A stretch of DNA of 64,000 nt, taken from contig JBNJNM010000015.1 in the NCBI GenBank assembly GCA_052426225.1, positions 1,864,186 to 1,928,185 on the forward strand. Direction: 5' to 3'. Below, piece after piece: positions 10,901 through 21,910 of the stretch. The translations under genes and the position numbers were made by a program. This stretch comes from Zancudomyces culisetae HAW-14-8 (Eukaryota > Fungi > Kickxellomycota). Each line of letters begins with the position of its first letter. The first letter of the stretch is position 1. Below the pieces are notes generated by a model. The model made no database searches. It was not told the origin of the DNA and saw only the letters and a list, made by a program, of their open reading frames with translations.

Positions 10901-11873
10901 TAAAATGAGCCATTTCATCCCGCTTAAGAAGCTGCCATCCTCAGAAGAAACTGCCTCCGCCTTCTTTACCCACGTATTCAAGCTTCATGGACTACCAGAC
11001 GTCATAATCTCTGACCGTGGAACCCAATTCTCGTCCAAATTTTGGAGTTCACTATTCAAACTGCTCAAAGTTGATACTAGAATGTCTACAGCCTTCCATC
11101 CAGAGACAGACGGTCAAACGGAGCGGGTGAATCAAACATTGGAACAGTATCTACGCTGTTTCATCAACTATCAGCAAGATAATTGGTTTGAACTGCTCCC
11201 AATTGCCGAATTTGCTTATAACAACACTCTCCACTCCAGCACTAATACTTCTCCTTTCTTTGCTCTATATGGTTACCATCCAAGATTTGATCCTCAAATC
11301 ACTAAAAACGTTCACGTCCCCAGCGCTTCTGATAGGATAAAACAACTCAAAGAACTTCAATCAGCCCTCACTTCCATACTTAACAAGAAATCTCAGGAAT
11401 ATAAAAAGTATGCTGATGTAAACCGATCTGAACATCCAAAGTATAAACTAGGTGACAAGGTTTGGCTATCCAGCCAAAATATCAAAACTCAAAGGCCTTC
11501 TAAAAAGCTTGACCACAGACTTCTAGGCCCTTTCACCATCTCTAAAATTATCAATCCTGTTTCTGTCCGTTTAGACCTCCCGCCAACAATGAAAATCCAT
11601 AACACTTTTCATGTCTCGTTATTGGAACCGTATATCGAACCCAGCAGTAACCGCAGATTATTAAACAGTCTTCCTCCACCTCTAATTATAAATGGAAATA
11701 AAGAATATGAAGTTAAGGCTATTTTGGATTCTAAGCTTGTTAGGGGTAAAAAATATTACTTGGTTGATTGGAAAGGCTTTGACATAAGTGAAAGAAGCTG
11801 GGAGCCGATTGCAAACATAAACGCGCCTCAACTATTGAAAAAATACTATAAGACATATCACAACAAACCATAA
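7920..11873 (+). CDS. pol: Pol of B1: protease, Pro-rich spacer, RT, RNase H, integrase, chromodomain; -1 frame relative to gag
   Basis: LVDSGAS, YLDDIL, TDASDYAIG, HHCC, DFITD...SDRG...QTERVN, YEVKAILD...WKGF. Frame is open upstream of 8046 into the gag overlap; start inferred. Confidence 0.95.
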   Translation, partial: AKRQCSDVVRELLLSVANNSNISSNKFHIKVVLNNLYELVALVDSGASANFIRQDLLEKLNLPTKEAEKTIVLESVDGHQIYPGGINVKVDNAHIKSGPNHSEHLDLIPIPTNHADIIFGLPWLRKHNPSITWPDLQIHFDSDFCSTNCVDTHSIQAVFKSPDEPDPDPVEQNISQNTSTNSTILQRVLNRLSTTLLPHSAKLLESVKLDDSNTENQRFSPPPSPDLPSPAPSNPYARIEEILPVPVPAPVQSVTPEPETQSLPKPAAIENPVDNHVVKQIPDPRRSVTPVPKVPLRPELPKAILKKIEPREPVVRCRPFHKNTPVTTPEPEYSLDPDPVTFAVSESPLEYLEEFPQLPVIYSEFKEVFNPKSAVSLPPHRRYDCPVNTKEGYTPYWGPIYPLSEVELESLRGYIRENLTNGFIRRSVSPAGAPIMFVKKKSGDLRLCVDYRRLNEATIKNRYPLPRIDEAFDRLRTAKVFTKLDLKGAYNLVRIKEGDEWKTAFRCRYGHFEYQVMPFGLTNAPATFQHFINDVLRDVLDLYAIAYLDDILIFSNDTDTHINHVKSVLKKLLENGLYCNAEKCHFHIREVEFLGHVVSSDGIATDPAKVKCVKEWLPPTNVKEVQKFLGFANYYRKFIPYFSLKALPITRLLKKDTPFVWSKEAGEAFNTLIQDLTTSPVLRYPDPGKQFILETDASDYAIGAALSQEDENGDLRPCAYYSYKLNTAESNYNIYDKELLAIIKALKEWRHHLEGSSIPFKILTDHKNLETFKNLKSLNRRHARWSLDLSRFSFIITYRPGSQGGKPDALSRLPNHTPDKVANNNIIGEDHFLDIISIVDSDFAQEIAKSSKAHLEGLLDAARYQSSHKSNEPVEVEDGIVMLGNRVVVPDKMKPQVVSSRHDSGPAGHFGAKKTLELVERDFWFPGMRKFIKEFVQTCDTCNRSKDRRHKVYGKLLPLPAPSGPWKSITMDFITDLPPSNKHTTIMVVVDRFTKMSHFIPLKKLPSSEETASAFFTHVFKLHGLPDVIISDRGTQFSSKFWSSLFKLLKVDTRMSTAFHPETDGQTERVNQTLEQYLRCFINYQQDNWFELLPIAEFAYNNTLHSSTNTSPFFALYGYHPRFDPQITKNVHVPSASDRIKQLKELQSALTSILNKKSQEYKKYADVNRSEHPKYKLGDKVWLSSQNIKTQRPSKKLDHRLLGPFTISKIINPVSVRLDLPPTMKIHNTFHVSLLEPYIEPSSNRRLLNSLPPPLIINGNKEYEVKAILDSKLVRGKKYYLVDWKGFDISERSWEPIANINAPQLLKKYYKTYHNKP

Positions 11874-12011
11874 GAGCAACATTATATTATATTAATTAAC
11901 CAATATTATACCTAAATACTTATCAAAAAAAACTATAAAAACAACCTAAAAACAACTAAAAAGCATAAAAAATTATAAAAGAAAAAATAAAAAAGAATGA
12001 ACTTAGGAGGG

Positions 12012-12192
12012 CGCTAACGTCTTGGGCCACACAATCACGTGATTCGAATTAACTGCTCGAGATCCCGAAGGAGTTATCGGAGAGGTGAAACGGTCCGGTA
12101 CTAGTCCCGAAGGACGTTATCGCGCACATTGGCCCCGTGAAACATCACATCCACTCTACAGCTAATTACTTCCCAATTACGGTCTTACAGCG
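12012..12192 (-). ncRNA. Unknown ~180-nt structured RNA in the B1 3' UTR (antisense)
   Basis: Nested stems, two cUUCGg tetraloops, homology with covariation to 23372-23546; T-run downstream at 11989-11994. Confidence 0.7.
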
Positions 12193-12256
12193 AAGGATCG
12201 AACCAGGGTCCTGCAGAATACAAGTTCGACGCCTTAGCCACTCGACTATAAGCTCA
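12193..12256 (-). promoter_or_regulatory. tRNA-derived head with Pol III A and B boxes
   Basis: A box TAGTCGAGTGG (12238-12248), D-arm-like GTCGAGTGGCTAAGGC, B box GGTTCGATCC (12195-12204); acceptor, anticodon and T stems pair poorly. Confidence 0.7.
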
Positions 12257-12314
12257 CATTTTTGTCCAAGATATTATTTTTATATATTTAAAATATTCTT
12301 TGAAGGGGGGATAA

Positions 12315-12435
12315 TGTCAGAATCGCATTATTTACCCATAAGTTTTAATATTTATTTTTAATCATATTTAACTACCTTTGAATCCTAACTTGGGAACATT
12401 AAGTTTCCCAACTTAAATAAATTAGTTTCCTGACA
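12315..12435 (+). repeat. B1 3' LTR
   Basis: Identical to 6835-6955. Confidence 0.97.
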
Positions 12436-13857
12436 CCTCCAATAACTAAAGGCACACCAGAAATTTTTCCTCTACTAATATGGCGTTTGCCATCCGCTGT
12501 GACTATAATCTGATTATCATCTGGCTCAGGTATTAATCCCCAACTCTTCACTAAATCTGGAGTTGCCACTGAGCAGACAGCTCCCGTATCAACTATTGCT
12601 GTTGTTTCCATATCAAAAATAACTACTTGAATTTTGCTGTTGGACTGTTTTGGTGTCTCCATACGTATCTCATTTATTTCCGACTTTTTTACCTTTTTAT
12701 TAAGCATTGTCAGCTCATTAGACAACTTAGGCGAAGCTTCCAAAAGCTGTGGTAGAGATATCTGTGGGTAAAAAGTTGCCAACTGTTCACTCAATGAAAA
12801 CGGTTTGACCCTCTCAGCCATTTTTAAATATGTGGGAACCTTGGTAATTTGCTTTTTCTGATCTATGCTATTAGTTTCTCCTGCATTTCAACATCAACCT
12901 TAACTTCAGCTGTACCCATAGTGTTCTCCTTGCTTGTGCTTACCTTCCTTATGTATGGTTTATTAGCGATATCTGGACCTTTACGCCGCTGTACTGCTAA
13001 TACTTCATTTTCCTGTTTCAACTGTAACTCTGTCTCCAATAAGTTAACATCCCTAGTCTGATTTACTATTCTGGAATGATTTGATTCCATATTTTGGAGA
13101 CATTCGTGTCTCTTATGGCCTATCTTCTGGCAGTTGAAGCATCTTACCTGTCTTGGTGGGTACCGAGGTCTTGATTTATTATCATATTGTACCAATCTCA
13201 ATCTTCTTTCGACTGCTTCATCTACCTTGGTTAGAATGTTCACACTCCATTCTTCCATTTTATGCAACATTTCTTGATAGTTAATATCACTACTACTATT
13301 ACCACTTTCATTTCTAGTCAATACTTGATCCCTATTATCCTTAGTATAATTTGTCGCTCTGCTTAAACTTTGCTGATTGTCCATGAGGTTATGTTTCTCT
13401 GCCTCTGCTAACATATTAACTAAATCATCCCATAATGTAATTTTGCGTTCCCTGATTTTAACTTTAACTTCTGGTTTTAACGAACTGACTAACCAGTTGA
13501 ACTTGGCCTGATTCTCCTCAATTCCCGCGTTACTAAGAGCTTCTTCTAAGGCATATTCCAACTCCTCTACTGAGTTGTAATTTTCCTGTCTAATTGCCTT
13601 GAGTTTATCATAACTCATGTATCCTTGCTCTTCAGAAACGAATTTATCTTTAAACTCCACTGTGAATGTTGTCCAATCAGTAAACTTGCCTATGTTTTTC
13701 TTGTACCATATCAATTCCTTCCTACCTAGCTTCAACTATACTAGGTCAATCCAATCATCTTGGTCCCATTTATTTAATTTAGCCACTAGTCTAAACTGAT
13801 TAAGCCACTCGTGTGGTTTATCTCATTTGCAACTTCAAATCGAGGAATATTATCCAT
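12436..13857 (-). pseudogene. gag and protease of element D (frameshifts and stops)
   Basis: CFNCQKIGHKRHEC knuckle; IVDTGAVCSV; split ORFs 12863-13735 and 12399-12821. Confidence 0.85.
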
Positions 13858-13874
13858 TATTTAAATCTTCTGGG

Positions 13875-13891
13875 TCCTGGCTGGATCACCA
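13875..13891 (-). promoter_or_regulatory. tRNA PBS of element D (probably tRNA-Val)
   Basis: TGGTGATCCAGCCAGGA, 1 nt from the LTR end; complementary to a tRNA 3' end ...GGATCA-CCA, as recalled for yeast tRNA-Val(UAC). Same motif at 14601-14617 (+) and degenerate at 26010-26026 (-). Confidence 0.7.
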
Positions 13892-13892
13892 C

Positions 13893-14209
13893 TGTTAAAA
13901 TAGATTATTGTAATATATTTTTCTCTACTTATTTATTATAACTATACTATATTTGTTTTAACAATATAAACTGTATGCTTAATATTATTCTGATAGTTTG
14001 AGAAAAGAGTTGTTTATATTTTTCTTGTTGTGGGAGGTCCTATTGACCCCTAAAATAGTTCATACGAGTCTGAAATAAATTATACCTATAAAATAACATC
14101 GGACAAAAACCACGAGGGGAAAAAGGTCCAATCTAAAAATATTGCTAATTATATAATCCTAAACTAATAACTAATAATTAAATTTCTTCGTTCATATTAT
14201 TATATGACA
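13893..14209 (-). repeat. Element D 5' LTR
   Basis: TGT...ACA termini, abuts the PBS, homologous to 1157-1486. Confidence 0.7.
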
Positions 14210-14211
14210 TT

Positions 14212-16846
14212 TGTCGTGAATTTAAATCATCGCAATTTGTATTTTTTCCCAATGGGTTTTTAATTAATTGCAAAGATGGTTAAATTAAATTCACGTAACA
14301 TCCTTGTAAATCTGAGAATCACAACGTCATAGATGAGTCATGGGAATCATCTATAAATGATTTACAACATCTTTTCCCAATCAACAAGGGGAAACCCCCT
14401 GTTTAATAATAATATTATAATTCATAATTCACATGATTAAAACAGTTATAACTTTATAATTTTATTTATTATAGTAGTAGTTCGTTAGACCCAAAAAAAT
14501 ATATAAGGGCAAATAATATCAATCTAGTTTTCGGGATGACTTAAGCAAATAAAAATATAAAAATATAATATTCACACGACAGTATTATATATTATATTAA
14601 TGGTGATCCAGCCAGGACAGACAAAGCAAGGAACATTACAAGACAGGAACATCAAGAGATTTTTCAGATTCAGATAATGAGATGATTGGAAACACAGTAA
14701 GGACAGCAAGACATATGGAGCCGCCTGTTTTCAACAACTCCGCAGATCAGAATGCTACACTTTGGATTAAGAGATTTGAGCTGTTTGCACGTAGTGAAAA
14801 TTGGACACATCTAGACATGTTAGAATATATTGAAATTTATTTTGGCCCAAGGGTACTCATATGGAATGAAAGAACAAAGGGCAGAGTTATAACATGGGAT
14901 GATTATAAAGTCGAATTTTTGAAGAAGTACGCAAACAAAGACTCAGTACTGAACTCATGGAGAGCATTACAAAGGTTGAGGCAGTATCCCACGGAAAGTG
15001 TTGAAGAGTTCATCTCACGTCTTGAAAGACTGTTTATCTCAGCAAATGTAACTGACGATACTATAATGTACCAATGTCTCATGACAGCTCTGTCACCGCA
15101 GTATCAAAAGGAGATCCTAATAGGGAGAGTTGATAACTACGACGAAGCTGTGCAAACAGCAGTAGAGTTTGAAGAACTCCAGAAATTCATACAGGACAAT
15201 GTTTATTCAGCTAGTCATCAAAAGTATAAAAAACAACATGAAACAAGACAAGGAGTGCGAACTTCAATGCGCACAGAAAATAATGCAAGTATCTATATTG
15301 ACAAACCAAAAAGTAAACCAGATTACATGCAACCAGCTATAAGCGAAGTAAAGGGCAGCAGTGCAGGCATAAGTACATACAATAAGTATGCAAGACCGAC
15401 ATGTTACACGTGTAACGAGGTGGGACACATAAGTCCACAGTGCCCAAATAAAAATATAAATTCAGGTTATGCCAAGAATAATAACAGTATGAAAGATGTT
15501 AATGTTGTTGAGTTATTCCAGTTCACACAAAACCCGGACATGGACGAAATAGACAAACGTTGGCATGAACTAAGTATAATCGAAAAACGTAAACTATTGG
15601 ATAATAAATTAAGTATGAGCCAGAAGAGAAGTAAAATTGAAGAAGTAAATACTAATGATCAAGAAAATTTTAATATAGTTTTTAAAAATAAAGCAACAGA
15701 TAATGAGTTGCAGCAAGATAATATAAAAATAATAAATAAAGTAAACAAAACACCAGCAGAGAAACCAGAATACTCTGTGAGGCAAGATATTGGATCAGTG
15801 AAAGCCAGCATCACTTTGGACCAGCTTATCAAAGTGTCACCTACAGTCAGAGCAGAGTTGAAGGAAGTTTGTGAAGGAGACAGTCAGGCCATTAAACAGT
15901 CAAGAGAATTGGGAACCCTCACCCAACATCCTAGTACAAATTGCAGATCAAAGGTCTCTATTTTAAATCAAGAATGTGATGTAGTGATCGACACAGGAGC
16001 AGCATGTAGTGTGATTAACGTCGCATTGGCCACAAAACTCAGATTAACTACGGATACTAAGATTCAAGAAGTAATAATGACAGCAGATGGAGGCCTTCAC
16101 AAGACAACCGGAAAAGCCTGGAACGTTCCCGTAACCATACAAAACTGCGTTTTTCCTGCAGATCTACTAATCATGGCTAGTAACAAGAAGACTTTTGTCT
16201 TAGGGGTAGATTGGCTTAAAAAGCATAACGCAGTAATTGACATCAACAAAAGCAAAGTGATGATACCATACCAAAACGCCATCATATCGTTGGGAATATC
16301 GACGGTTGTCGATGAAGAGGAAGAAGTTGTGGGTTGGGCAAGAGAAGTGTCTCTTGTAGAAAAAAAGATTAAGTTAGATGAAGACATTGAGCAGTTAATG
16401 ATGGACTATAAAAATATCTTTGCTTCAAGTTTGGAAGAGTTGACTAGTACAGACTTAGTAGAACACACTATTGACACTGGGGACCACAAACCCATTCGTT
16501 TGAGACCATATAGAGTTCCTCAGTCCATGCAAAGTAAAGTTAGAGATGAATTAGCAACCATGCTAAGAAAAGGTGTTATTGAGAGGTGCCATTCAGATTG
16601 GTGCGCTCCAGTAGTGACCATAGTTAAGAAAAATGGTAAACTTCGAGTTTGCTCAGATTATCGCCAATTGAATGCGATAACTAGAAGGGACAACTATCGC
16701 TTACCTAATATAGCAGACATCTTCAATGCTTTAGCTGGAGCTCTATACTTTACTACGCTAGACGCCCTCAGCGGGTTCTGGCAAGTAAAGATTCGAGAGG
16801 AGGACTTAAGCAAATAAAAATAAAAAACTATAATATTCACACGACA
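14212..16846 (+). mobile_element. Element F: deleted Ty3/Gypsy (5' LTR 14212-14581, PBS, gag-pro-RT', only the last ~45 bp of the 3' LTR)
   Basis: TGTCGTG...CACGACA LTR; RT joins directly to the LTR tail GACTTAAGCAAATAAAAAT...TTCACACGACA at about 16803-16846. Confidence 0.85.
14682..16817 (+). CDS. Single-frame Gag-protease-RT' polyprotein, truncated in RT
   Basis: CYTCNEVGHISPQC, VIDTGAACSV, LRVCSDYRQLN, LDALSGFWQV. Confidence 0.85.
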   Translation: MIGNTVRTARHMEPPVFNNSADQNATLWIKRFELFARSENWTHLDMLEYIEIYFGPRVLIWNERTKGRVITWDDYKVEFLKKYANKDSVLNSWRALQRLRQYPTESVEEFISRLERLFISANVTDDTIMYQCLMTALSPQYQKEILIGRVDNYDEAVQTAVEFEELQKFIQDNVYSASHQKYKKQHETRQGVRTSMRTENNASIYIDKPKSKPDYMQPAISEVKGSSAGISTYNKYARPTCYTCNEVGHISPQCPNKNINSGYAKNNNSMKDVNVVELFQFTQNPDMDEIDKRWHELSIIEKRKLLDNKLSMSQKRSKIEEVNTNDQENFNIVFKNKATDNELQQDNIKIINKVNKTPAEKPEYSVRQDIGSVKASITLDQLIKVSPTVRAELKEVCEGDSQAIKQSRELGTLTQHPSTNCRSKVSILNQECDVVIDTGAACSVINVALATKLRLTTDTKIQEVIMTADGGLHKTTGKAWNVPVTIQNCVFPADLLIMASNKKTFVLGVDWLKKHNAVIDINKSKVMIPYQNAIISLGISTVVDEEEEVVGWAREVSLVEKKIKLDEDIEQLMMDYKNIFASSLEELTSTDLVEHTIDTGDHKPIRLRPYRVPQSMQSKVRDELATMLRKGVIERCHSDWCAPVVTIVKKNGKLRVCSDYRQLNAITRRDNYRLPNIADIFNALAGALYFTTLDALSGFWQVKIREEDLSK

Positions 16847-16849
16847 GTT

Positions 16850-18156
16850 TGTCGTAGGACCTGAAATTGGAGTATTCATATACTATTTTTATTACATATT
16901 ATTTATTGGTTAACAATATGAGTTTTGCACCCAATGGGTTTTTCTCATGGTAGGCAAATATAAAAATACAAAAAATTTTGGAAATATCAAAAAGTATAAG
17001 AAAATATAGTTAATTAAAAATATATATTGGATTTAATGTTTTTATAATTAGAATTTTGAAAAAGATATATAAGAAATAAACAATTAATAATTAATTTAAG
17101 ATTCGAAGAGTAATATATTAAGTGGTAACATTTCGGTTAAAATCAACCAATACTTAAAATAACACCCGACATGTTTTGATAACTTCTTTCTCTTTTCGAA
17201 CTTTAAGTTAATATTTAAATTGATTTTTTATAATTATTAGTTTAGTTTAATTATCTACTTGTTTTATTCGAACTAAAAAAAACTATTATGTTGCTTCTTT
17301 ATATAACTGTATATCATGTAAAAATAGTAATATTAATATTAATATTATAATAATATATGTATTCCAAAAACGATATATTTCTTCCTTTAAAGCTAATTCC
17401 TATATAAACTATTTTTTCAACTATTATGTTAGCTCATTTTTCTTGTTATCTATTTTTACTTGGTACATTAAAAATACCCAATGCACAGGGAAAAAAGAGT
17501 ATAATTTTTCCAATAATTAATTTTGTTAGTTCTCAAATTATCTTAGACAATTTGAATAAATATAAAATATATACTTTTATACGACAGAACCCCCTTCCCA
17601 AATTGGACGAAATGTGTTTTTAAAACGGTGAAGCTTTGAACACAACTGTGAGGACACTTCAGGAACCATTGGGTGCTGTGGTGGTATTTTTTTAGTGAAT
17701 CGCCATTCACAATGTCGCGATTTCCCTCGGAATCGGTAATCAGGTAAGCTCCTAAATTTAACTTTTTTAGAATGCGGTATGGCCCTTCTCATACTTCTTG
17801 AAACTTATCGGTAGCATGTTCGACTAGCTTCATGACCATTTGGTCAATTTCGAATTTCACAAATTTTACTTTTTTATCGTATGCTGTCTTCATGTTTTGT
17901 TTAACTTTAACACTATTTTGGTATCCTATTTCACGTAACTCAGGTATGTTAGTATTTATAGATTCGATTCTTTTCTGATTGCAAGTTCAAATCACTAATT
18001 TCGGCCGGCGGTGACCACAATGCAGGTGTAGTCAACTTTACACCATATAGTAACTCGGCAGGACTATAACCAGTACTTCTATTTCTCATGGTTCGTATAG
18101 CGAGTAATGTTTTCCACAGGTAAGCGTCCCAGTTTTTCTTATCTTTTTTGCACTGC
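16850..18156 (-). mobile_element. 3' end of a decayed Gypsy element: integrase remnant, PPT and putative 3' LTR (16850-17586)
   Basis: TGTCGTA...TACGACA termini; PPT GGGAAGGGGGTTC next to 17586; integrase-like remnant (WDAYL...TGYSPAELLYG). Confidence 0.6.
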
Positions 18157-18567
18157 TGTCAAGATCTGGAGTCTGGAAAGTTATATTTATTATTATTATT
18201 GTTTATTGTATGAATGTATACAAGATACTAAATACTGAATCCAAGACAGGAAAATTGTACCCTTTTTATACTTTTTTCCAGCCTTGGTTTTTGAACAAAA
18301 TCACTAGAAAACTGCGGAATAGCTAAATATGCAAGCTAAAGTATTACGTGTTTGATTTCTAATCCAATTTGATTAGTAATCAAACAAAAAACAAATATGA
18401 ATGCTAATAAAATTAAACATGTGAAAATAATTACGTAAGAAAAATTAATAAATAATGTGAATTTTCGGTAATGTTCTAGAATGTTGGGGAACATTCTAAA
18501 CATTACTGCGGAATAAAATCAGATGATTCTAGAACGTTTTCGAACATTCTAGAATCAGTTCATGACA
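18157..18567 (-). repeat. Solo LTR of family A, no TSD
   Basis: High identity to 2215-2626; flanks ACTGC/ATGAA differ. Confidence 0.92.
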
Positions 18568-20790
18568 ATGAAAATGAAGTATACATAACTGAGAAAAGAA
18601 AATACAACGATGATGCTGAGTTCATAAGTGATAGTACAAACAACATCCGAAAGAGACCCACCCATCACAACGAATCAGGATACAGTAAAGAGCAACCGCG
18701 GCCACATCAGATGAACCAAATCTAAAAACTCAAGATTATAATATCACAGAAAGGTTTTCACCAACAAAAGTCGTATACAAGGATTATAATAATTACATCA
18801 AACCTTATTCAATAATTGAAGATCTATCAAAAGTAAAGGAATCATTAAGCACACCACTTCTTATAAACATTGCTCCGATAGTGAAGTCACAACTGGCTAC
18901 TATACATAATAGGAAAACAATTGATAAAAATTTAGGAACTATTCTTAACCATAAAACAACAAACTGCAAGACCAATGTTAACTTATTAGGATGTTCAATT
19001 ACCACAATTATTGACACGGGAGCTGCTTGTTCGGTCTTAAATGCTAAAATTGCTCAAAAGTTAGGAACTAAACCTGATATAAACACCAATGAGTGTATTA
19101 TAACGGCAGGTGGTGGCAGACACAAGCCATTAGGAAAGGTTGGAGACTTACCGATTAATCTAGCTAATGTTGTTTTCGGAACAGAAGTACTGGTTATGAA
19201 TCTTCCTAATAAGTACTTATATTAGGGATGGACTGGTTATCTAGATATAACGCTCAACTAGATTTAACAGCTAAAAATATAACTATAACAAAAAATAACA
19301 ACCGGATAATCCTACCGTTACACATGAACGAATCTACTACAGAAAGAAAACAAAACGATGGAATCGCAGATTTAGAACTGTTTGGAATAGGTAAAGAATC
19401 GAAAGTTATTTGCGAAATGACAAATATGTCAGATGCAATATTGGAGGAGGTTATAAAAAAATATGCAGACCAGCTAGTAAATGAATAAACAAAACTTACC
19501 GTAACGAATGTCTTAGAGCATGGAATTGATACTGGTAGGCCGAGCCAATTAAAATAAGACCATACAGAATTCCTAATGCAATGAAAGTGTTAGTTAGAAT
19601 TGAACTCAAACTTTGAAGAAAAAGAACATTATATAGCCTTGCTATTCTGACTGGAGTGCTCCTGTTGTAACAGTATGGCAAAAGAACGGATCTTTGCGTA
19701 TCTGTTCTGATTATAGGAAACTCAATGCAGTCACAAAAAAAGACAACTATCCGATACCAAATATTAAAGACATAATCGAAGCACTTACGGGATCAGCTGT
19801 ATTCAGCACCCTTGACGCGTTGTCAGGGTTCTGGCAAGTCAAGCTGAAGGAAACTGATAAACACAAAACGGCGTTCACAATACCTGGAGAAGGGTTATAC
19901 TGCTACAATGTGATGCCCTTTGGGCTATGTAACAGCCCACCTACTTTCCAAAGACTTATGGAAAGAGTACTTCATTCAGTATTGTGGAAGTCCGCCGTGG
20001 TATTATTTGATGACATCGTGGTATTTTCTAAAAATATGGTACAGCATGTTAAGGATTTAAAAGAGGTGTTTAGTTTACTCAAGAATCATAAAATTAAATT
20101 AATCACGGGAAAGTGCAACTTTGGTCAGACCCGTTTGAATTATTTAGGAACATTATGTCGTCTAGAGGGATAGAGACTGACCCTAAAAAAGATAGCAATT
20201 GAAAAGATTCTTACTCCCAAAAGTATTAAAGAATTCAATGCTTCCTTGGCACTACAAATTACTATAGGTAATTTAGCTAAGGTTACGGGATAATTGCAGG
20301 CCCATGAAATAGATATTAAATATAAATAACGTTTGGATATTGATTAATACTGATATGCATAATAATAACCTAAAAGATAAGTTAACTACGGGACCCGTGT
20401 TAACACACCCAATTTGGGTTATCCATTTTTTGTAACCATCGACGTGTCACTTCAGGGTATTGGTGGAATCCTCAGTCAAATACAGAATGGTCGAGAACAC
20501 CCAATGGCATTTGTGAGTAGTTCGTCGAAAAAGGCTAAAATAACCATTCAATAACTCACCTTGAAGGGTTAGCAATAATCTACTCGGTTAACCAATTTCG
20601 TAACTATACTTGGGGAAGAAGATTCAAATCGTAACGGATCACACAGCTTTGGTTAGGCTAAATGATTCTAAAGAAGCTTCAGGCAGGTTGGCCAGATGGG
20701 CTATCGTATTAAGAGTGTAAGATTATACGCAAGTGAATGGAAAAGGTAAGCATTACCCGGCTGACCTCATATCAAGATGCATCTCTAATA
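18568..20790 (+). pseudogene. Decayed Gypsy protease-RT-RNase H (D/F-like family)
   Basis: IIDTGAACSV, RICSDYRKLN, MPFGLCNSP, LFDDIV; many frameshifts. Confidence 0.85.
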
Positions 20791-21271
20791 ACCCAAATTT
20801 TATTCGAACTGTATTTGAATCGATTATTAACGGTTAACACATTTCGGATAAGATTAATTAAAAGATTTTATGGAAGGAAACGTTGATGACGATAATACGA
20901 AAGCTATAATATTAATAATTTCTACGTTATAAAAATTAACAATAGTTAGCTAATACACATATTGAGAAATGAATGAACTTTTCAAATATATATATAAAAT
21001 AATGCAATTAATTACGAACAAATTTTTCAATTTATACTAACATTCTTAATTTATTGTCAAACCGAAGTATTACACAAATTTTCAATAATTTGTAATTTAA
21101 TTTCATAACGAAAATCACCTAAGAATTCAAATACCAGAATATATTAAAAGTGAAATAATATTCGCAAAAATTGATTTTTCAGCAAACATGTATTATTCCG
21201 TGATATTTTCAAAGTTCAAATATTCTTAAACGTGGAAAAATTAATAAATCAATATTGCCTTGCATCCTATC

Positions 21272-21388
21272 TGTTAGAAGTTAACTATGTACTGTATGAA
21301 ATAACAAAATGTTTTTTTATATTATAATAACATTGTAATCTAACTAGGAAACATAGATTCTCAACTATAATAAATTAGTTTCCTGACA
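21272..21388 (+). repeat. Diverged solo LTR related to family B
   Basis: Ends in ATAAATTAGTTTCCTGACA, identical to the B LTR; starts TGTTAGAA; 117 bp. Confidence 0.6.
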
Positions 21389-21505
21389 CTGAAATATGAA
21401 ATTTTTAAATCTAAAATGTCAAACTCTTTAATATATAATGAAGTAAGAAAATATTTAACCTTCGATAATCAAGGTCTTGCAACCACGGTTTTAATCATAA
21501 AATAC

Positions 21506-21910
21506 TGTCATGAACTGATTCTAGAATGTTCGAAAACGTTCTAGAATCATCTGATTTACATCCGCAGTAATGTTTAGAATGTTCCCCAACATTCTAGAAC
21601 ATTACCGTAAATTCTCATTGACTATTAATATATATTTCTTAAAAATTTATACATTATATATTTTATTAACATCTATTTTGAATTTTGTTTGATGACTAAA
21701 TCACTTAGATTAGTTATCAAACATGATTTACTTTAGCTTGCAGTTTTACTTATTCCGCAGTTTTCATAGTGATTTTGCTCAAAAACCAAGGCATGAAAAA
21801 AAGTATACAAAGGGTACAATTTTCCTGTTTTGGATTCAGTATCTAGTATCTTGTATACATTTATACAATAAACTTAATAATATTATATACTTTCTAATCC
21901 AGATCAAGAA
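21506..21910 (+). repeat. Diverged solo LTR of family A (opposite orientation)
   Basis: Reverse complement of the A LTR: TGTCATGAACTGATTCTAGAATG...CCAGATC. Confidence 0.88.

Larger units (their letters stand above)
6835..12435 (+). mobile_element. Element B1: intact short-LTR Ty3/Gypsy chromovirus, recent insertion
   Basis: Identical 121-bp LTRs, perfect CCTCC TSD (6830-6834 / 12436-12440), open gag and pol, PPT GAAGGGGGGATAA. Confidence 0.97.
5989..14209 (-). mobile_element. Element D: decayed tRNA-primed Ty3/Gypsy element, interrupted in its protease by B1 and truncated in RT
   Basis: 5' LTR 13893-14209, PBS, gag, protease (IVDTGAVCSV). Frame rejoins across the CCTCC TSD (VPLVIGG|LEFPTD). 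RT fragment at 5989-6528. Confidence 0.85.

Noticed and set aside
12185-12256. Functional tRNA gene
   Set aside because: A and B boxes are present, but acceptor, anticodon and T stems do not pair; treated as a tRNA-derived promoter.
12137-12361. Extra ORF (env-like) in the B 3' UTR; also 35277-35528 and 23355-23537
   Set aside because: Short, non-ATG start, not conserved as protein between B and C, and overlaps the RNA structure and LTR.
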